Shown here: positions 28,845-38,911 of the stretch, piece after piece
Numbering within the stretch: position 1 is the first letter of the stretch
Layout: each line of letters opens with the position of its first letter
Virus record (IMG/VR): IMGVR_UViG_3300042321_000183
DNA: 64,000 bases
Strand: one strand, 5' to 3'
Source: a virus
Lineage: Duplodnaviria; Heunggongvirae; Uroviricota; Caudoviricetes
Notes under the pieces: model-generated
What the model was told of the DNA's origin: nothing
Seen by the model: only the letters and a program-made list of their open reading frames with translations
Database searches by the model: none
Position numbers and translations under genes: made by a program

Positions 28845-31438
28845 TATAAAGGTTTTTGAGAAGCTTTTTGTATTTTTTGTAAGTCACCAGCTGTTGCTGG
28901 TCTTTCATTTATCAATCTAAATATCTCACTATCATTCATATTTTTTATAGCCATGTTAAGTCCTTCCTTAGTCATACTTCCTACACTTGGATAGTACATC
29001 TCATCAGTAGTCCAACTTCTTCTTATAGGATCATATGCTTTGATACCTAGTGTATAATTGCCTGGACTAAGTTGTATGATATTTGCTTTCACACCATAGG
29101 TTCTTACATTTTCAAAATCAAGATTACCTAAGAAAGCATTGCTAACAGTTGTCCTGGCACTACCATCTTTGGCAGTGGTCATTCCTCCTGTTTTATTTAT
29201 TTGATCTAAATATGGTCTTAGTTGTTGTGATGCTACATCATCAAATTGAGTACCAAAGCCTCCTATTTTTTGTTCTGGAGTTAATCTAAAACTAGTTGCT
29301 TTTCCTCCTGGACCAACAGCTGTAACTTTATAATAAGGTTCTTGGAATTCAGTGCCTTCAGCAACATCTATTGAAAAGTTTGGATTTTCTGATCCTGCAA
29401 TTTCTCTAGCAGTCTCAACATTAAAATCAGGAGAGCCTGCAAGTTTACCACCACTCTTCTCAGCAGCAGCAGCAGCAGCAATTAAAAAGCTTTTTAAACT
29501 TCCTTTTTGAGCAGGAGTTATTGAAGGGATGTTATATCCAGCAGCTTGACTTACAGAAATCCTATTTTTAAAAGTATCTTCCATAGTCTTATCAATCTTT
29601 TGTAAGGTTTCTTTATAAGGCTTATTTACAGTCTTTGCATAATTGTCTAGTTGAGCTAATATAACCTTGTCAGAATCATATCTCTTGGCTGGCATCTTAC
29701 TCCAAATCTTATACAAGTTATACATCTTAGGACTTAACTCTTGTCTAGCTTTAGCATCTGCTGAAGCTACAGGAGTTCCTGCCATACCAACAACAGATCC
29801 TCCACCTGGAGCTGTACCACCACCAGTACCTCTATATTTATATGCTACTGTATTAAAGTCTACAAAGTCTTTAGCTGTATATTGATATACTTCATTACCT
29901 TTTTTATAAGTAACAGTAGGAGCATTTTTAGGAATAAGCTTATCTATTGTACCATGTTCAGCTTCTGCCTTTCTTCTAACATCTAATATTAATTCTTGAT
30001 TAGCTTCAGCTTGTCTTCTTTCTTTTTCTGTAGTATTAAAATAGTTAGCTACAACAGGACTAACCCCTGTAGGTCTTGTTTCCCACGCAGCTCTTTGTTG
30101 TTCAAACCATTCTTTAGTTTTACCTTGAGACTTTAAAAAAGCTTCATCTCTATCTTTAATTTTACCTAACTCTATATCTGTTGTTCTTGTAAGTTCACCA
30201 ACAGTTAATTTAGGAAGAGTATCCTGATCTACAGGAGCTGCAAAAGCACCATATCCTTCTGCTGTTTTCTTTGCTATTTTATTAGCCTCTTCTGCAGCTT
30301 TGACTTCTCTTGACTTCCAATACATATTATCTTTATGTATCTTCCAAGCTTGATTTTTTGTTTCCCTTTGCATTTGCATTTGAGCTGCAGGACTATCTTC
30401 TTTTGTGATCTCAACTTCTGTATGAGAGAAAGGTTTAGCAAAGTTGTTAATAGAGTTAAGAGTAAATAAGTTTGCCTTAGCTCTTTCCAAATCTCCTCTA
30501 TCAACAAGACCTAATATACTATCTCTTTCTTTATTAAGTTTGTTAATTGTAGAATCAAGACCATTTATCTTATCTTGAATCATTTGTTTCTGAACATTTG
30601 AATTTGTAGAACTTAAAGAATTCTCAAGAGCTTGTTTTTGTTTAGTGAAGTATTCAGACTTATCTAAGTATTCACTATTAACATTCTCTTTAAATAAATT
30701 AGGATCAGTAACATTACTATATGTATATACACCATCTATCTCTAACTGTCTCCAATCAGCAGGTGTTAAACCTACAGATAGTGCTTGTTTGATTTGGTCA
30801 GGAGACACACCTGCAAGTTTTGTTCTTGTAGTAGCATCTGCTAAGACCACTTGAGGTTTCCCATCTTCACCAACAACTGTTGTAAAATCTTCTTCTGTAA
30901 TAGTTGAATCTCCAGTGAGATCCTTTATAATATCTAATGCATTTTTTCTCCAGTTTGTGTATGGATCATACCCTCCACTAAATGTTTCTTTTACATCTCC
31001 ATTCATCCACTTGTTAGTTTTTTGTTGAAACAACCAGTCATTTGATGGAGAAGTCTTGCCATCTTTTAGATATTCTTCTCTTTCCTTAACAGCTTTTTTA
31101 TATTGTTGCGTAGATGATACAGCGTTTATGATGTTTTCATCTTTAATAATTTGACCTGTCATACCAGCAACTGAGTTAACTAGTTGTTGATTAGAAAAGT
31201 CTCCTGCTGCCACAGTCTTTAATCTACTACCTAACTCATTGAGTTTAGATTGTAATACCTGTTTGTCTTGGGGTCTGTATAATTCTATACCACCAACTCG
31301 ATCAATTTCATTCTGAATTTTTTGCACACCTTGATCATACTGGGCTTGCTTTTGCATGCCCACTTGCACCATGGCCTCCACAGGGAGCTCTTGGATGTAA
31401 GGGTTGAATTGTAAGGATTTATCAGTAAACGATGCCAT
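28844..31438 (-). CDS. Hypothetical structural/cargo protein, 864 aa
   Basis: It is a long ORF translationally coupled (TAATG) to the giant gene. It is coiled-coil rich with Gly-rich patches (GTGGGTAPGGGSVVGMAGT). Confidence 0.6.
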   Translation of the reverse strand: MASFTDKSLQFNPYIQELPVEAMVQVGMQKQAQYDQGVQKIQNEIDRVGGIELYRPQDKQVLQSKLNELGSRLKTVAAGDFSNQQLVNSVAGMTGQIIKDENIINAVSSTQQYKKAVKEREEYLKDGKTSPSNDWLFQQKTNKWMNGDVKETFSGGYDPYTNWRKNALDIIKDLTGDSTITEEDFTTVVGEDGKPQVVLADATTRTKLAGVSPDQIKQALSVGLTPADWRQLEIDGVYTYSNVTDPNLFKENVNSEYLDKSEYFTKQKQALENSLSSTNSNVQKQMIQDKINGLDSTINKLNKERDSILGLVDRGDLERAKANLFTLNSINNFAKPFSHTEVEITKEDSPAAQMQMQRETKNQAWKIHKDNMYWKSREVKAAEEANKIAKKTAEGYGAFAAPVDQDTLPKLTVGELTRTTDIELGKIKDRDEAFLKSQGKTKEWFEQQRAAWETRPTGVSPVVANYFNTTEKERRQAEANQELILDVRRKAEAEHGTIDKLIPKNAPTVTYKKGNEVYQYTAKDFVDFNTVAYKYRGTGGGTAPGGGSVVGMAGTPVASADAKARQELSPKMYNLYKIWSKMPAKRYDSDKVILAQLDNYAKTVNKPYKETLQKIDKTMEDTFKNRISVSQAAGYNIPSITPAQKGSLKSFLIAAAAAAEKSGGKLAGSPDFNVETAREIAGSENPNFSIDVAEGTEFQEPYYKVTAVGPGGKATSFRLTPEQKIGGFGTQFDDVASQQLRPYLDQINKTGGMTTAKDGSARTTVSNAFLGNLDFENVRTYGVKANIIQLSPGNYTLGIKAYDPIRRSWTTDEMYYPSVGSMTKEGLNMAIKNMNDSEIFRLINERPATAGDLQKIQKASQKPL

Positions 31439-31514
31439 AATACAAAATTAATTTAAAATATTAGAATTACCAAGAGCTATAACAAATTTTAGTAATTCAC
31501 TATAACTTAATTAG

Positions 31515-34391
31515 TTAGAGATTTTTTAGAGCTTTTACAAGTGAACCATGTCTAGCTTCTTTGACTTTATATCCTGTAATGTCTCCTTTCTTATTATAGA
31601 TAGGAAGAAGATCATTTCCTTTTGCATCTGTAGATTTTTGAGACCCTCCTGCTCCAGGAATATTAAACTGAGCAGGAGCATTCATATTAATTGCTCTACC
31701 ACTTGGAGTGAATCTAAAGTTGTACATGTTCTCCATAACAGCCAATTGTCTATTAGCAGCTCTTTGTTGTGCTGTCTTAGCAGCTATAGAACTTAACGCA
31801 CTAAGTGCTTGTTCTTTAGTATTAGATCTAGCCTGAGCTTGTCTAACGTATTGATTATCAAGAATTTGTAAGTTTTTAAGCTGAGCATCATTTAACATTG
31901 CTCTATTCTTATCAAATATCTGCATCTTGTTTGTAGTATTGATTCTGTCTCGATTTCCAAACACTTGGTTTTTAGCTTCTAATGCCTGAGCCATAATCAT
32001 TGCTTGGGCAGCTGGGTTTGAACCTGCTGCTCTAATGGCTGCTCTAGATTGAGCATCAATAGCATTAATCTGATCATTAAAAGAGATATCCATAGGAGTA
32101 TCTAACATTGGCTGGAATGTTTGAGCCTGTACAGGTTCTAACTGATTGGTAGCCAATGCAAAGTATTCAGGATATAATTGATCTGGAGATAATTCTTCAT
32201 TAGCATTACTAGGTCTTAAGAATGGAGCTATGTTAGATAGGATACTAGGACCATACTTCTCAAGCCCTTTACCTAAAGTACTTCCTAATGACTTTAATGC
32301 TTGTCCAAATCCTCCACCTTCAACTCCAGCTACTCCAACTGCTTTAGGAAGATCTCCAGATTGATCTACTAGATTTCCTGACTGATCAAAGTAATTCATA
32401 TTTTGATCATATCCAGACATTACACCACCAGTATTTTGTGAAGTGTTAATTTCTTCTTCTAAATAATTATTTTTAGGATCAAAATATTCATACTCTCCAT
32501 TTTGAGCCTTCTTTAATTTCTTACCATCTTTAGCCATCATACGTTTGTCATATTCTTTTTCAAGCTTACCTTCAGCAAGTTTGTCACTCTTAACTCCTAA
32601 TTGACTAGCTGTATCAAGAATAGCATTTTGTACAATACCTGCTTCCTGAATCTTTTTAGCATTTATCTTTTGATACTCTTCAGCTCCTTGTTTTATAAGT
32701 TCATTTGTTATTAACTGTAAATGACCAGCTGTACTATTATTATCAGCATTGATAATTTTTTCATTAGCCTTCTCACTTATTTTCAATTGTTTTGCATCAT
32801 TCTTAGCTATATCAGCTACATAATGTTTGAACTTTCTACCTTTTGCTTTTGGATCTCCCATAAGGTCTGCTATGTTTTTATCAATCTTCATGTTACCAAA
32901 TACAACCATATTGTTGTCTTTACCACCATCTTTTAGTTTAACAGCTGGTTCACCACCCTCAACTTCTACACCATTCTCACCAAAGTTAATAGGAATGCCA
33001 CCATTGTCATGAGATCTTCCTTTAAACATAACTGTCTCACCACCATCTGGTAGGAAAGGATTATAAGAGATTGTTTCTGCCTTACCACCTTCAATTATTT
33101 CTAAGTCACCCCCCATAGCCATCTGTCCACCATGTTGCATAGTTAAAGGCTTTCGCTCAGGTCTGCCAGTAAACAATGCTTCTGCACTAGGAGGTGTATA
33201 ATACTCATCTTTTAAATGACCACCACTTCTTAGCATATCTGCATCATGAGGAGGCTTTAACAAGTCTTTAACATTATACTCACCAAACTTAGCAATTGTT
33301 TGTGGTTGCCATGTATGACTAACCCACTTATATTCATCACCTACATCCACCTTACCACCTTGCTCCATATATGCACCAAACTGATTTTGTTGAGCTTGTT
33401 GGAACGCAGCTTGTTGAGTGTTCATCTCAGCTTTCTTTTTCTCTGCTTCTAGTTCTCTAGCATTTTTAGCACCACCTAATAGGTTACCACCCACTGTACC
33501 AATAAGTCCACCAATTGCACCACCTAATGGTCCACCTACAATACTACCAATGGCTGTACCTGCAGCACTACCAATCTGTGCTTGACCAGAACTTTGGAAG
33601 TAATCTCCAAATGCTGCTTCAGGAAGATTGCCACCTTTTTTAAATTGTTTCAATGTTTCTCCCATTGGTTCAAATCCAAGGTCAGTGTACATATCACCAG
33701 GATTGTACATGTTCTGAATCTCTGTAGGATTGCCACCAATCATTCTACCATTCTCAGCTAAGAAGTTTGTACCTGATCCATAAGGATTACCTAACTGTCC
33801 AGGCTGTACAATATTATCTTCTGGTCTTACATATTTACGTTTAACTTTCTCTCTTGTAGAGCCAGCTTGTAAAGCTAGTTCTGATAACTCTCTAGCTTGA
33901 TATGCTTTATTTATTGCTTTTCTTTGTGAACCAATTGCTTCGATACCTCCTATGATTCCTGGCAATGCACCAATAGCTGCTGTTGCTACTCCTGCTGCCA
34001 TACCACCTCCACCAGCACCTTCAGGAAGACCACCTTCACCAAATGCAGCATCTGTAGCTGCTTTTGTAACTACTTCTTGTCCAGCAGCATTCTGTGATCC
34101 ACCAACAAGTCCTGTCCAGCTATTATAAGTAGCAGGTTGTACAGCAGGTTGAGCATTTCCCCAACCCATAAGATTTAGCACATTTCCATTAGCACTACCA
34201 CCACCTTGAAACTTAGGAGGATTGCCAAAGTCTGTAAGTTGGTGTAACTGTTTGTTCACCATAGACTTACCCATAGCAGCTTTCTTTAACTCTTTACCAT
34301 GAACTTTCATGAATGCTTCTTCTGTAGGATACTTCTTGTAGAATTCCTTCTCAGACTTTACTTTAGCAATCTTTAATATTTGGTCTTTCAT
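31515..34391 (-). CDS. Hypothetical Gly-zipper-rich protein, 958 aa (possible membrane-active ejection protein)
   Basis: Repeated small-residue hydrophobic stretches resemble glycine-zipper / tape-measure-like membrane segments: GMAAGVATAAIGALPGIIGGIEAIG, IGSAAGTAIGSIVGGPLGGAIGGLIGTVGGNLLGG, GAIGGPLGGAVGSIVG. Confidence 0.55.
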   Translation of the reverse strand: MKDQILKIAKVKSEKEFYKKYPTEEAFMKVHGKELKKAAMGKSMVNKQLHQLTDFGNPPKFQGGGSANGNVLNLMGWGNAQPAVQPATYNSWTGLVGGSQNAAGQEVVTKAATDAAFGEGGLPEGAGGGGMAAGVATAAIGALPGIIGGIEAIGSQRKAINKAYQARELSELALQAGSTREKVKRKYVRPEDNIVQPGQLGNPYGSGTNFLAENGRMIGGNPTEIQNMYNPGDMYTDLGFEPMGETLKQFKKGGNLPEAAFGDYFQSSGQAQIGSAAGTAIGSIVGGPLGGAIGGLIGTVGGNLLGGAKNARELEAEKKKAEMNTQQAAFQQAQQNQFGAYMEQGGKVDVGDEYKWVSHTWQPQTIAKFGEYNVKDLLKPPHDADMLRSGGHLKDEYYTPPSAEALFTGRPERKPLTMQHGGQMAMGGDLEIIEGGKAETISYNPFLPDGGETVMFKGRSHDNGGIPINFGENGVEVEGGEPAVKLKDGGKDNNMVVFGNMKIDKNIADLMGDPKAKGRKFKHYVADIAKNDAKQLKISEKANEKIINADNNSTAGHLQLITNELIKQGAEEYQKINAKKIQEAGIVQNAILDTASQLGVKSDKLAEGKLEKEYDKRMMAKDGKKLKKAQNGEYEYFDPKNNYLEEEINTSQNTGGVMSGYDQNMNYFDQSGNLVDQSGDLPKAVGVAGVEGGGFGQALKSLGSTLGKGLEKYGPSILSNIAPFLRPSNANEELSPDQLYPEYFALATNQLEPVQAQTFQPMLDTPMDISFNDQINAIDAQSRAAIRAAGSNPAAQAMIMAQALEAKNQVFGNRDRINTTNKMQIFDKNRAMLNDAQLKNLQILDNQYVRQAQARSNTKEQALSALSSIAAKTAQQRAANRQLAVMENMYNFRFTPSGRAINMNAPAQFNIPGAGGSQKSTDAKGNDLLPIYNKKGDITGYKVKEARHGSLVKALKNL

Positions 34392-34411
34392 ATTATACTC
34401 TATTGTATGAT

Positions 34412-37400
34412 TTATTTATATTTGTTTAACCAGCCACCTTTGTTATATTTTTCCCAACCTTTACCCAGATTTTTATATGCAGGTTTAAATGATTTAAAAA
34501 CCTTTTGTGGATTAAGAATGTTATATTCACTATTATCTCTAAGACCATATATACCAAGATCTTCTGCTATTTTAGCAGCCTCAGGACTTAGTCTTCTAAA
34601 GTCAGGATTAAGATTCTTAACTGGTTCCATTTGACTAAATGTTTTCCAGTCAACTATTCTAGGATTTTCAACAAACTCACCTCCATGTATGTATGCATCC
34701 CCTCTTCCCATTGCATAGTTTTCAGCATTCTCACTAGCAAGTTTTGGATAAAATCCTTCTACATCTCTAAGAGGATTTGGAGAACCTTCCATATGCATCC
34801 AAGTATTAGGAGTTGCATAGAATCCTCTTGAAGTTGGAGAAGTTGCACTTTGAATAGGCAATCCTTCTCTAGTTATTCTAATAGCACCTGCGTCTGAAAT
34901 AACACTAGGACCACCATGATATACAGTTTTAGGTAATTCACTATATGGAATTGCTTCAAACTCTGGTGTCATGTATGGAGCTAGTTCTCCTGTTGCTGGT
35001 TCCTTATATCCAATGTTATCATAAGGTAAAGTTGTTCCTTTGTAAGGAGCAGGAATTGGACCTCTTACAACTTGTTCTGAAGCAGTTGGTTTAGGAACTT
35101 CTTTATATCTTTTTAACCAATCTTTCTGTAAAACTTTACCTTCAGTTATAGGTATATCTCTTTGAGCTATTTGACTCCATTCTTTTTTACCATATCTCTT
35201 ACCCCAGTCAGAAGCTCCTCTTGGTACCTCAGCAATATACCCTTGTCCATACTGATCTGCTATATCAAATCTAGGAGTATAGTAAGCTTTACTAAATTGT
35301 CTAGTAGTATTAAAGTTACCTATACTAGTAGGAGTTACATTTTGTTTAGCTCTAAACAGACCACTTTGTAATGCATCTTCCATTCCTTCTTTACCAATAC
35401 CTCTATACATCATTCCCTCTGTAGGTTTAAATGCATATGGATTTAACTTATAAACATTCTTTAAGGCTGTTTGTTCTGTAGCATATTTAGCAGCTGCTTT
35501 GGCACCTTTACCAACAAGCTTACTTGCTGCCAATCCACCTTCCATTATCAATGCTGCTTCTATAGCATCTTGCATATTCTTAGCTCCCTTACTAGCAGCC
35601 ATTCTATTTAATGGAGCATTGTCTTCAGCTATTCTTTGTAACTTCTGTTTATCAAACTTAGCTTGTTCCCCTTTCTTAGGTGTATATTGAGATAGAGTAG
35701 CCTTAGGTTTCTTCATCCTTTCTAATTTCTCCTCAGCTTCTTTCTTCAGTTTTTTGGTAATGTTCTCACCATCTTGAGCCATTGGATACTCTGTAACCTT
35801 TTCACCATCAAACTTATAATCTTGATCAGGATACATCATCTGTGTATCACCTGTATCAGATATGCCAAGAACAGGATAGTCTACCCCTTGCATTGTAATA
35901 TTGTTAGATCCTATCTCTGTTATCTTACCTGGATGAGCCCACTGTCCTCTGTCATCTCTTATTGGTTCACTGTAGTTATCTAACCATCCACCATTTTTCT
36001 TTTTATTCAATGTTCTATACATTGCTTCTTGTGGAGATTCAGAAAAGTCAACTGTATTTATTATCTCTAGGTTTCTTTTAAACATAGGATCTGATTCATA
36101 AATACGTCTTTCTTCTTCTATTGCAGCTTTTCTTAATTGTGATGGAGTTAGTTTTTTAGCAGGTTCACCACTTTGTTTTGCAAGTTCTTGGTAATCCTTT
36201 TCTAGTATTTTCATTCTTCTTTGAATCGCCTTCTCCATATTGTAATTAAACCAAGTGTTTGTTATACCACTTGGATCATTTGCACTTGCATCTCTTATTT
36301 CTGTTGCCTTTTGATCACCTACTCTAAATACATTAATTTTTTTACCTTTATAGTCTTGTGCTTCAGGATTTAATGTATATACATAAGGTTCTTTACTTTC
36401 TCCTCTTGTTACCTGTCCATGTTTATATGAATTATAAACCTCAACACTGCCATCAGGGTTTGAACCTAATACAATATTAGTATGATCTGGAATACCTTTT
36501 TTATTATAGTATTGTATAAAATCTCCTGGATTTAAGTTTCCTTTTTGTATTATATCAGTTAACTCATTAAATTCAATAGGTCTTCCTTTTACTTTTTCAA
36601 ATCCAGCAGCTTTATAGTTTTTATCAAATGTTGGATTATATTCTACTACTTTACCTTTTGTTCTTGATTCTCTTACACCTTGTTTTTCATTTCCTACACC
36701 AGAGAAGTCAACACCTAAATCTTTATAGACATTACATACACCACCTATACATGTTAATGATGGATCTATTCCAGACTTTACAGCACTTTCTGATAATTGA
36801 TATGGAGTGTTAGCTTTAATAGCTTCTATTACTTTCCATGCTGCAGCTTGTCCTATGTTTTTTTGAGAAGTTGTAATTGGTTTTATTTCCTCTTTCTCAT
36901 TAGGAATAGTTTTTCCATCTTGACTTATACTCTTAGGTTTGAAGTCTAGTCCTTCTTGGTAGAATTTCATCTCTTGACCATTCTGAGCACTAGCTTTTGT
37001 CTTCTTAGTATACTTACCATTAGCAGGAGCTGAGCCAGCTACACGTGCGTACGTGAAGCCTACAGAACCTGGCATAGATCCCCCCATTTGCATATCATCC
37101 CACCACTTCAATGGAGAAGGAAGTGATTGTCCTTTCTCTACATATTCATGTCTCATCTCACCAAACTTCTCAGCTTCTTGCCATGTTTTAAATGGACCAC
37201 CAAGATGTTCACCTGTCTTCTTATATTCAGCAATAGGATCTTTTAATTTCTTACCACCTTTAAATGAAGGAATTAAATAAGCTGGTTCTCCTTTTTCTCC
37301 ACCTATAGACATAGCTAATTCAGTGCTAGGAGTGTTATATGGTATTACATATCCTTCTGGCAATTTAGAACTATTAGGTTGTAAGAATCCACCATTCTGA

Positions 37401-37579
37401 AATCGCCCACCCCATGCAGGAGAATAGTCCCTACCCTTAATGTTATATCCAAGTCCTACAAAGTCAGGACCTACAGATACTTGGACATCATTAGGATTAG
37501 CTTTCTTGCCATAGTTATCCTTGGTCTTTTTCTTTAAGACTAAGCCTCCTTGTTCATATTTGTCTAACCAGTTAGCCAT
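34412..37579 (-). CDS. Hypothetical 1055-aa virion protein with a possible NlpC/P60- or CHAP-like cysteine peptidase segment
   Basis: SGIDPSLTCIGGVCNVYKDLGV (nt ~36740-36790) is followed ~90 aa later by DHTNIVLGSNPDGSVEVYNSYKH, a Cys ... His ... His arrangement reminiscent of cell-wall amidase/peptidase domains. The N-terminus MANWLDKYEQGG and the C-terminus GGWLNKYK share a WL(D/N)KY motif. Confidence 0.5.
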   Translation of the reverse strand: MANWLDKYEQGGLVLKKKTKDNYGKKANPNDVQVSVGPDFVGLGYNIKGRDYSPAWGGRFQNGGFLQPNSSKLPEGYVIPYNTPSTELAMSIGGEKGEPAYLIPSFKGGKKLKDPIAEYKKTGEHLGGPFKTWQEAEKFGEMRHEYVEKGQSLPSPLKWWDDMQMGGSMPGSVGFTYARVAGSAPANGKYTKKTKASAQNGQEMKFYQEGLDFKPKSISQDGKTIPNEKEEIKPITTSQKNIGQAAAWKVIEAIKANTPYQLSESAVKSGIDPSLTCIGGVCNVYKDLGVDFSGVGNEKQGVRESRTKGKVVEYNPTFDKNYKAAGFEKVKGRPIEFNELTDIIQKGNLNPGDFIQYYNKKGIPDHTNIVLGSNPDGSVEVYNSYKHGQVTRGESKEPYVYTLNPEAQDYKGKKINVFRVGDQKATEIRDASANDPSGITNTWFNYNMEKAIQRRMKILEKDYQELAKQSGEPAKKLTPSQLRKAAIEEERRIYESDPMFKRNLEIINTVDFSESPQEAMYRTLNKKKNGGWLDNYSEPIRDDRGQWAHPGKITEIGSNNITMQGVDYPVLGISDTGDTQMMYPDQDYKFDGEKVTEYPMAQDGENITKKLKKEAEEKLERMKKPKATLSQYTPKKGEQAKFDKQKLQRIAEDNAPLNRMAASKGAKNMQDAIEAALIMEGGLAASKLVGKGAKAAAKYATEQTALKNVYKLNPYAFKPTEGMMYRGIGKEGMEDALQSGLFRAKQNVTPTSIGNFNTTRQFSKAYYTPRFDIADQYGQGYIAEVPRGASDWGKRYGKKEWSQIAQRDIPITEGKVLQKDWLKRYKEVPKPTASEQVVRGPIPAPYKGTTLPYDNIGYKEPATGELAPYMTPEFEAIPYSELPKTVYHGGPSVISDAGAIRITREGLPIQSATSPTSRGFYATPNTWMHMEGSPNPLRDVEGFYPKLASENAENYAMGRGDAYIHGGEFVENPRIVDWKTFSQMEPVKNLNPDFRRLSPEAAKIAEDLGIYGLRDNSEYNILNPQKVFKSFKPAYKNLGKGWEKYNKGGWLNKYK

Positions 37580-38445
37580 TACTTATAAGAGATTTGAGCA
37601 GGTGCAATAATGAATTGAGAAACTATATGTGCTTCAGAGCTATTGTCAAGGATGTGTCTTACCTTTAAGTCTTTGGCTCTCAATGGTTCTTTCTTAAATG
37701 AACGTTTTCCATAATCCATATTCACTTGATTTACAACCTTATCTACTGATAAAGACTCACAACTTGTTCTAAACAAAGGTAATGATTTATTCTTAACTAA
37801 TCCCCAGAATGTATTATATTGATAGAAGTTATCTGACTTAGTATAAGTGATAGTCTTGCTAAAGTCATTATATATTGGGTAAGCTAAGTATTGTTTTAGG
37901 TTGTTGATTGGCTTTGGTACAAGTTCTAATATACCTGTAGACTGTTGTCCATTATATAGAACAGCTTTGTTAAACCATTGATTATCAACCTCTATCTTAG
38001 CAGTTTCATTAACCACTCCATCTACAGATGGTATATAGTTATACACCTTACTATAATCTTTAACATTCTGAAGTATCTCATCATAGGTTTGATAAGCAAA
38101 TGGATATTCAATTATGTATGGTTCTACATTACCATAGTATTTGTTATAATGTATTGTATCATCTAAATGCTTCCATATAGATCCTGTGTTACATACAGTG
38201 TAGTCTAAAGCAGCAAGCTGTTCTTTTGTAGCTGTACCAATTGTAACATTAATGCTAGTAGAACACTTACCTTTAGATCTTATAATTATTGTAGTAACAG
38301 AGTCAGCAACACTAACAGTATATCCATCAATAAGGTCTTGTTTAGTAATGTCAATGCCCAAGACTGTCCCTAAGTTATCAGAGATATCAAAGGGTCCTGT
38401 TCTGCCACCTGAGCAAGTTAATCTTATTATTACTGTTTTAGCCAT
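37579..38445 (-). CDS. Hypothetical 288-aa protein with a shared N-terminal anchor module (family A)
   Basis: The N-terminal ~70 aa (TGPFDI...GY.V...D..T.I...S.G.C) is homologous to the N-termini of ORFs 38456..38890 and 48017..48646. Confidence 0.6.
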   Translation of the reverse strand: MAKTVIIRLTCSGGRTGPFDISDNLGTVLGIDITKQDLIDGYTVSVADSVTTIIIRSKGKCSTSINVTIGTATKEQLAALDYTVCNTGSIWKHLDDTIHYNKYYGNVEPYIIEYPFAYQTYDEILQNVKDYSKVYNYIPSVDGVVNETAKIEVDNQWFNKAVLYNGQQSTGILELVPKPINNLKQYLAYPIYNDFSKTITYTKSDNFYQYNTFWGLVKNKSLPLFRTSCESLSVDKVVNQVNMDYGKRSFKKEPLRAKDLKVRHILDNSSEAHIVSQFIIAPAQISYK

Positions 38446-38455
38446 TTATATTATT

Positions 38456-38890
38456 TTAAACGCAAGGACAACTTGAAGCAGATAAAGTATTGTTAATTGT
38501 TAAACTTGGATAGGCAATAGTCATGGCTGATAGTAATCCTTGAGCAACATATTGATAACAGTTTGCTGTAGGTGTATTAGTATCTTGTACATTTCCTGTT
38601 GTTATTAATCCTATCTTATAATACTCATCTCCTGTATCACATCTTGTATATACAAATATGTAAGGATCATCAAGAGGCATGTCTACATAATTAACACACG
38701 CTCCTGTAGATTTAACTCTACAGATTGTTGTAAAATCAGGAACAGCACTTGATAAATATCCTGCAAGCAAAGACGCTTTAGGAACTGCTAATGCAAATGC
38801 TACAGCATAAGTGTCTGCATCTGAAAAAAGATCAAAAGGACCAGTGTTTGCTCCTGCAAAATTTAAACTTATTGTTGCTGAAAATGGCAT
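38456..38890 (-). CDS. Hypothetical 144-aa protein with a shared N-terminal anchor module (family A)
   Basis: MPFSATISLNFAGANTGPFDLFSDADTYAVAFALAVPKASLLAGYLSSAVPDFTTICRVKSTGACVNYVDMPL aligns with MTVLVTLTLAGTDVGPFNLYSNVDGYTTAIASGVSRAALVAGYNLLNVPDNASVIRVQSTGTCTNYLDILL of ORF 48017..48646. Confidence 0.6.
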   Translation of the reverse strand: MPFSATISLNFAGANTGPFDLFSDADTYAVAFALAVPKASLLAGYLSSAVPDFTTICRVKSTGACVNYVDMPLDDPYIFVYTRCDTGDEYYKIGLITTGNVQDTNTPTANCYQYVAQGLLSAMTIAYPSLTINNTLSASSCPCV

Positions 38891-38911
38891 ATTATTTTAT
38901 TTTATATTATT

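Noticed and set aside
31515-34391. Calling the 958-aa Gly-rich protein a tape measure protein and the phage a siphovirus
   Set aside because: No tail tube, sheath or tail-assembly chaperone frameshift pair was recognised nearby. The gene sits among cargo-sized proteins, so TMP identity is not supported by context. I left it as a membrane-active ejection protein hypothesis.
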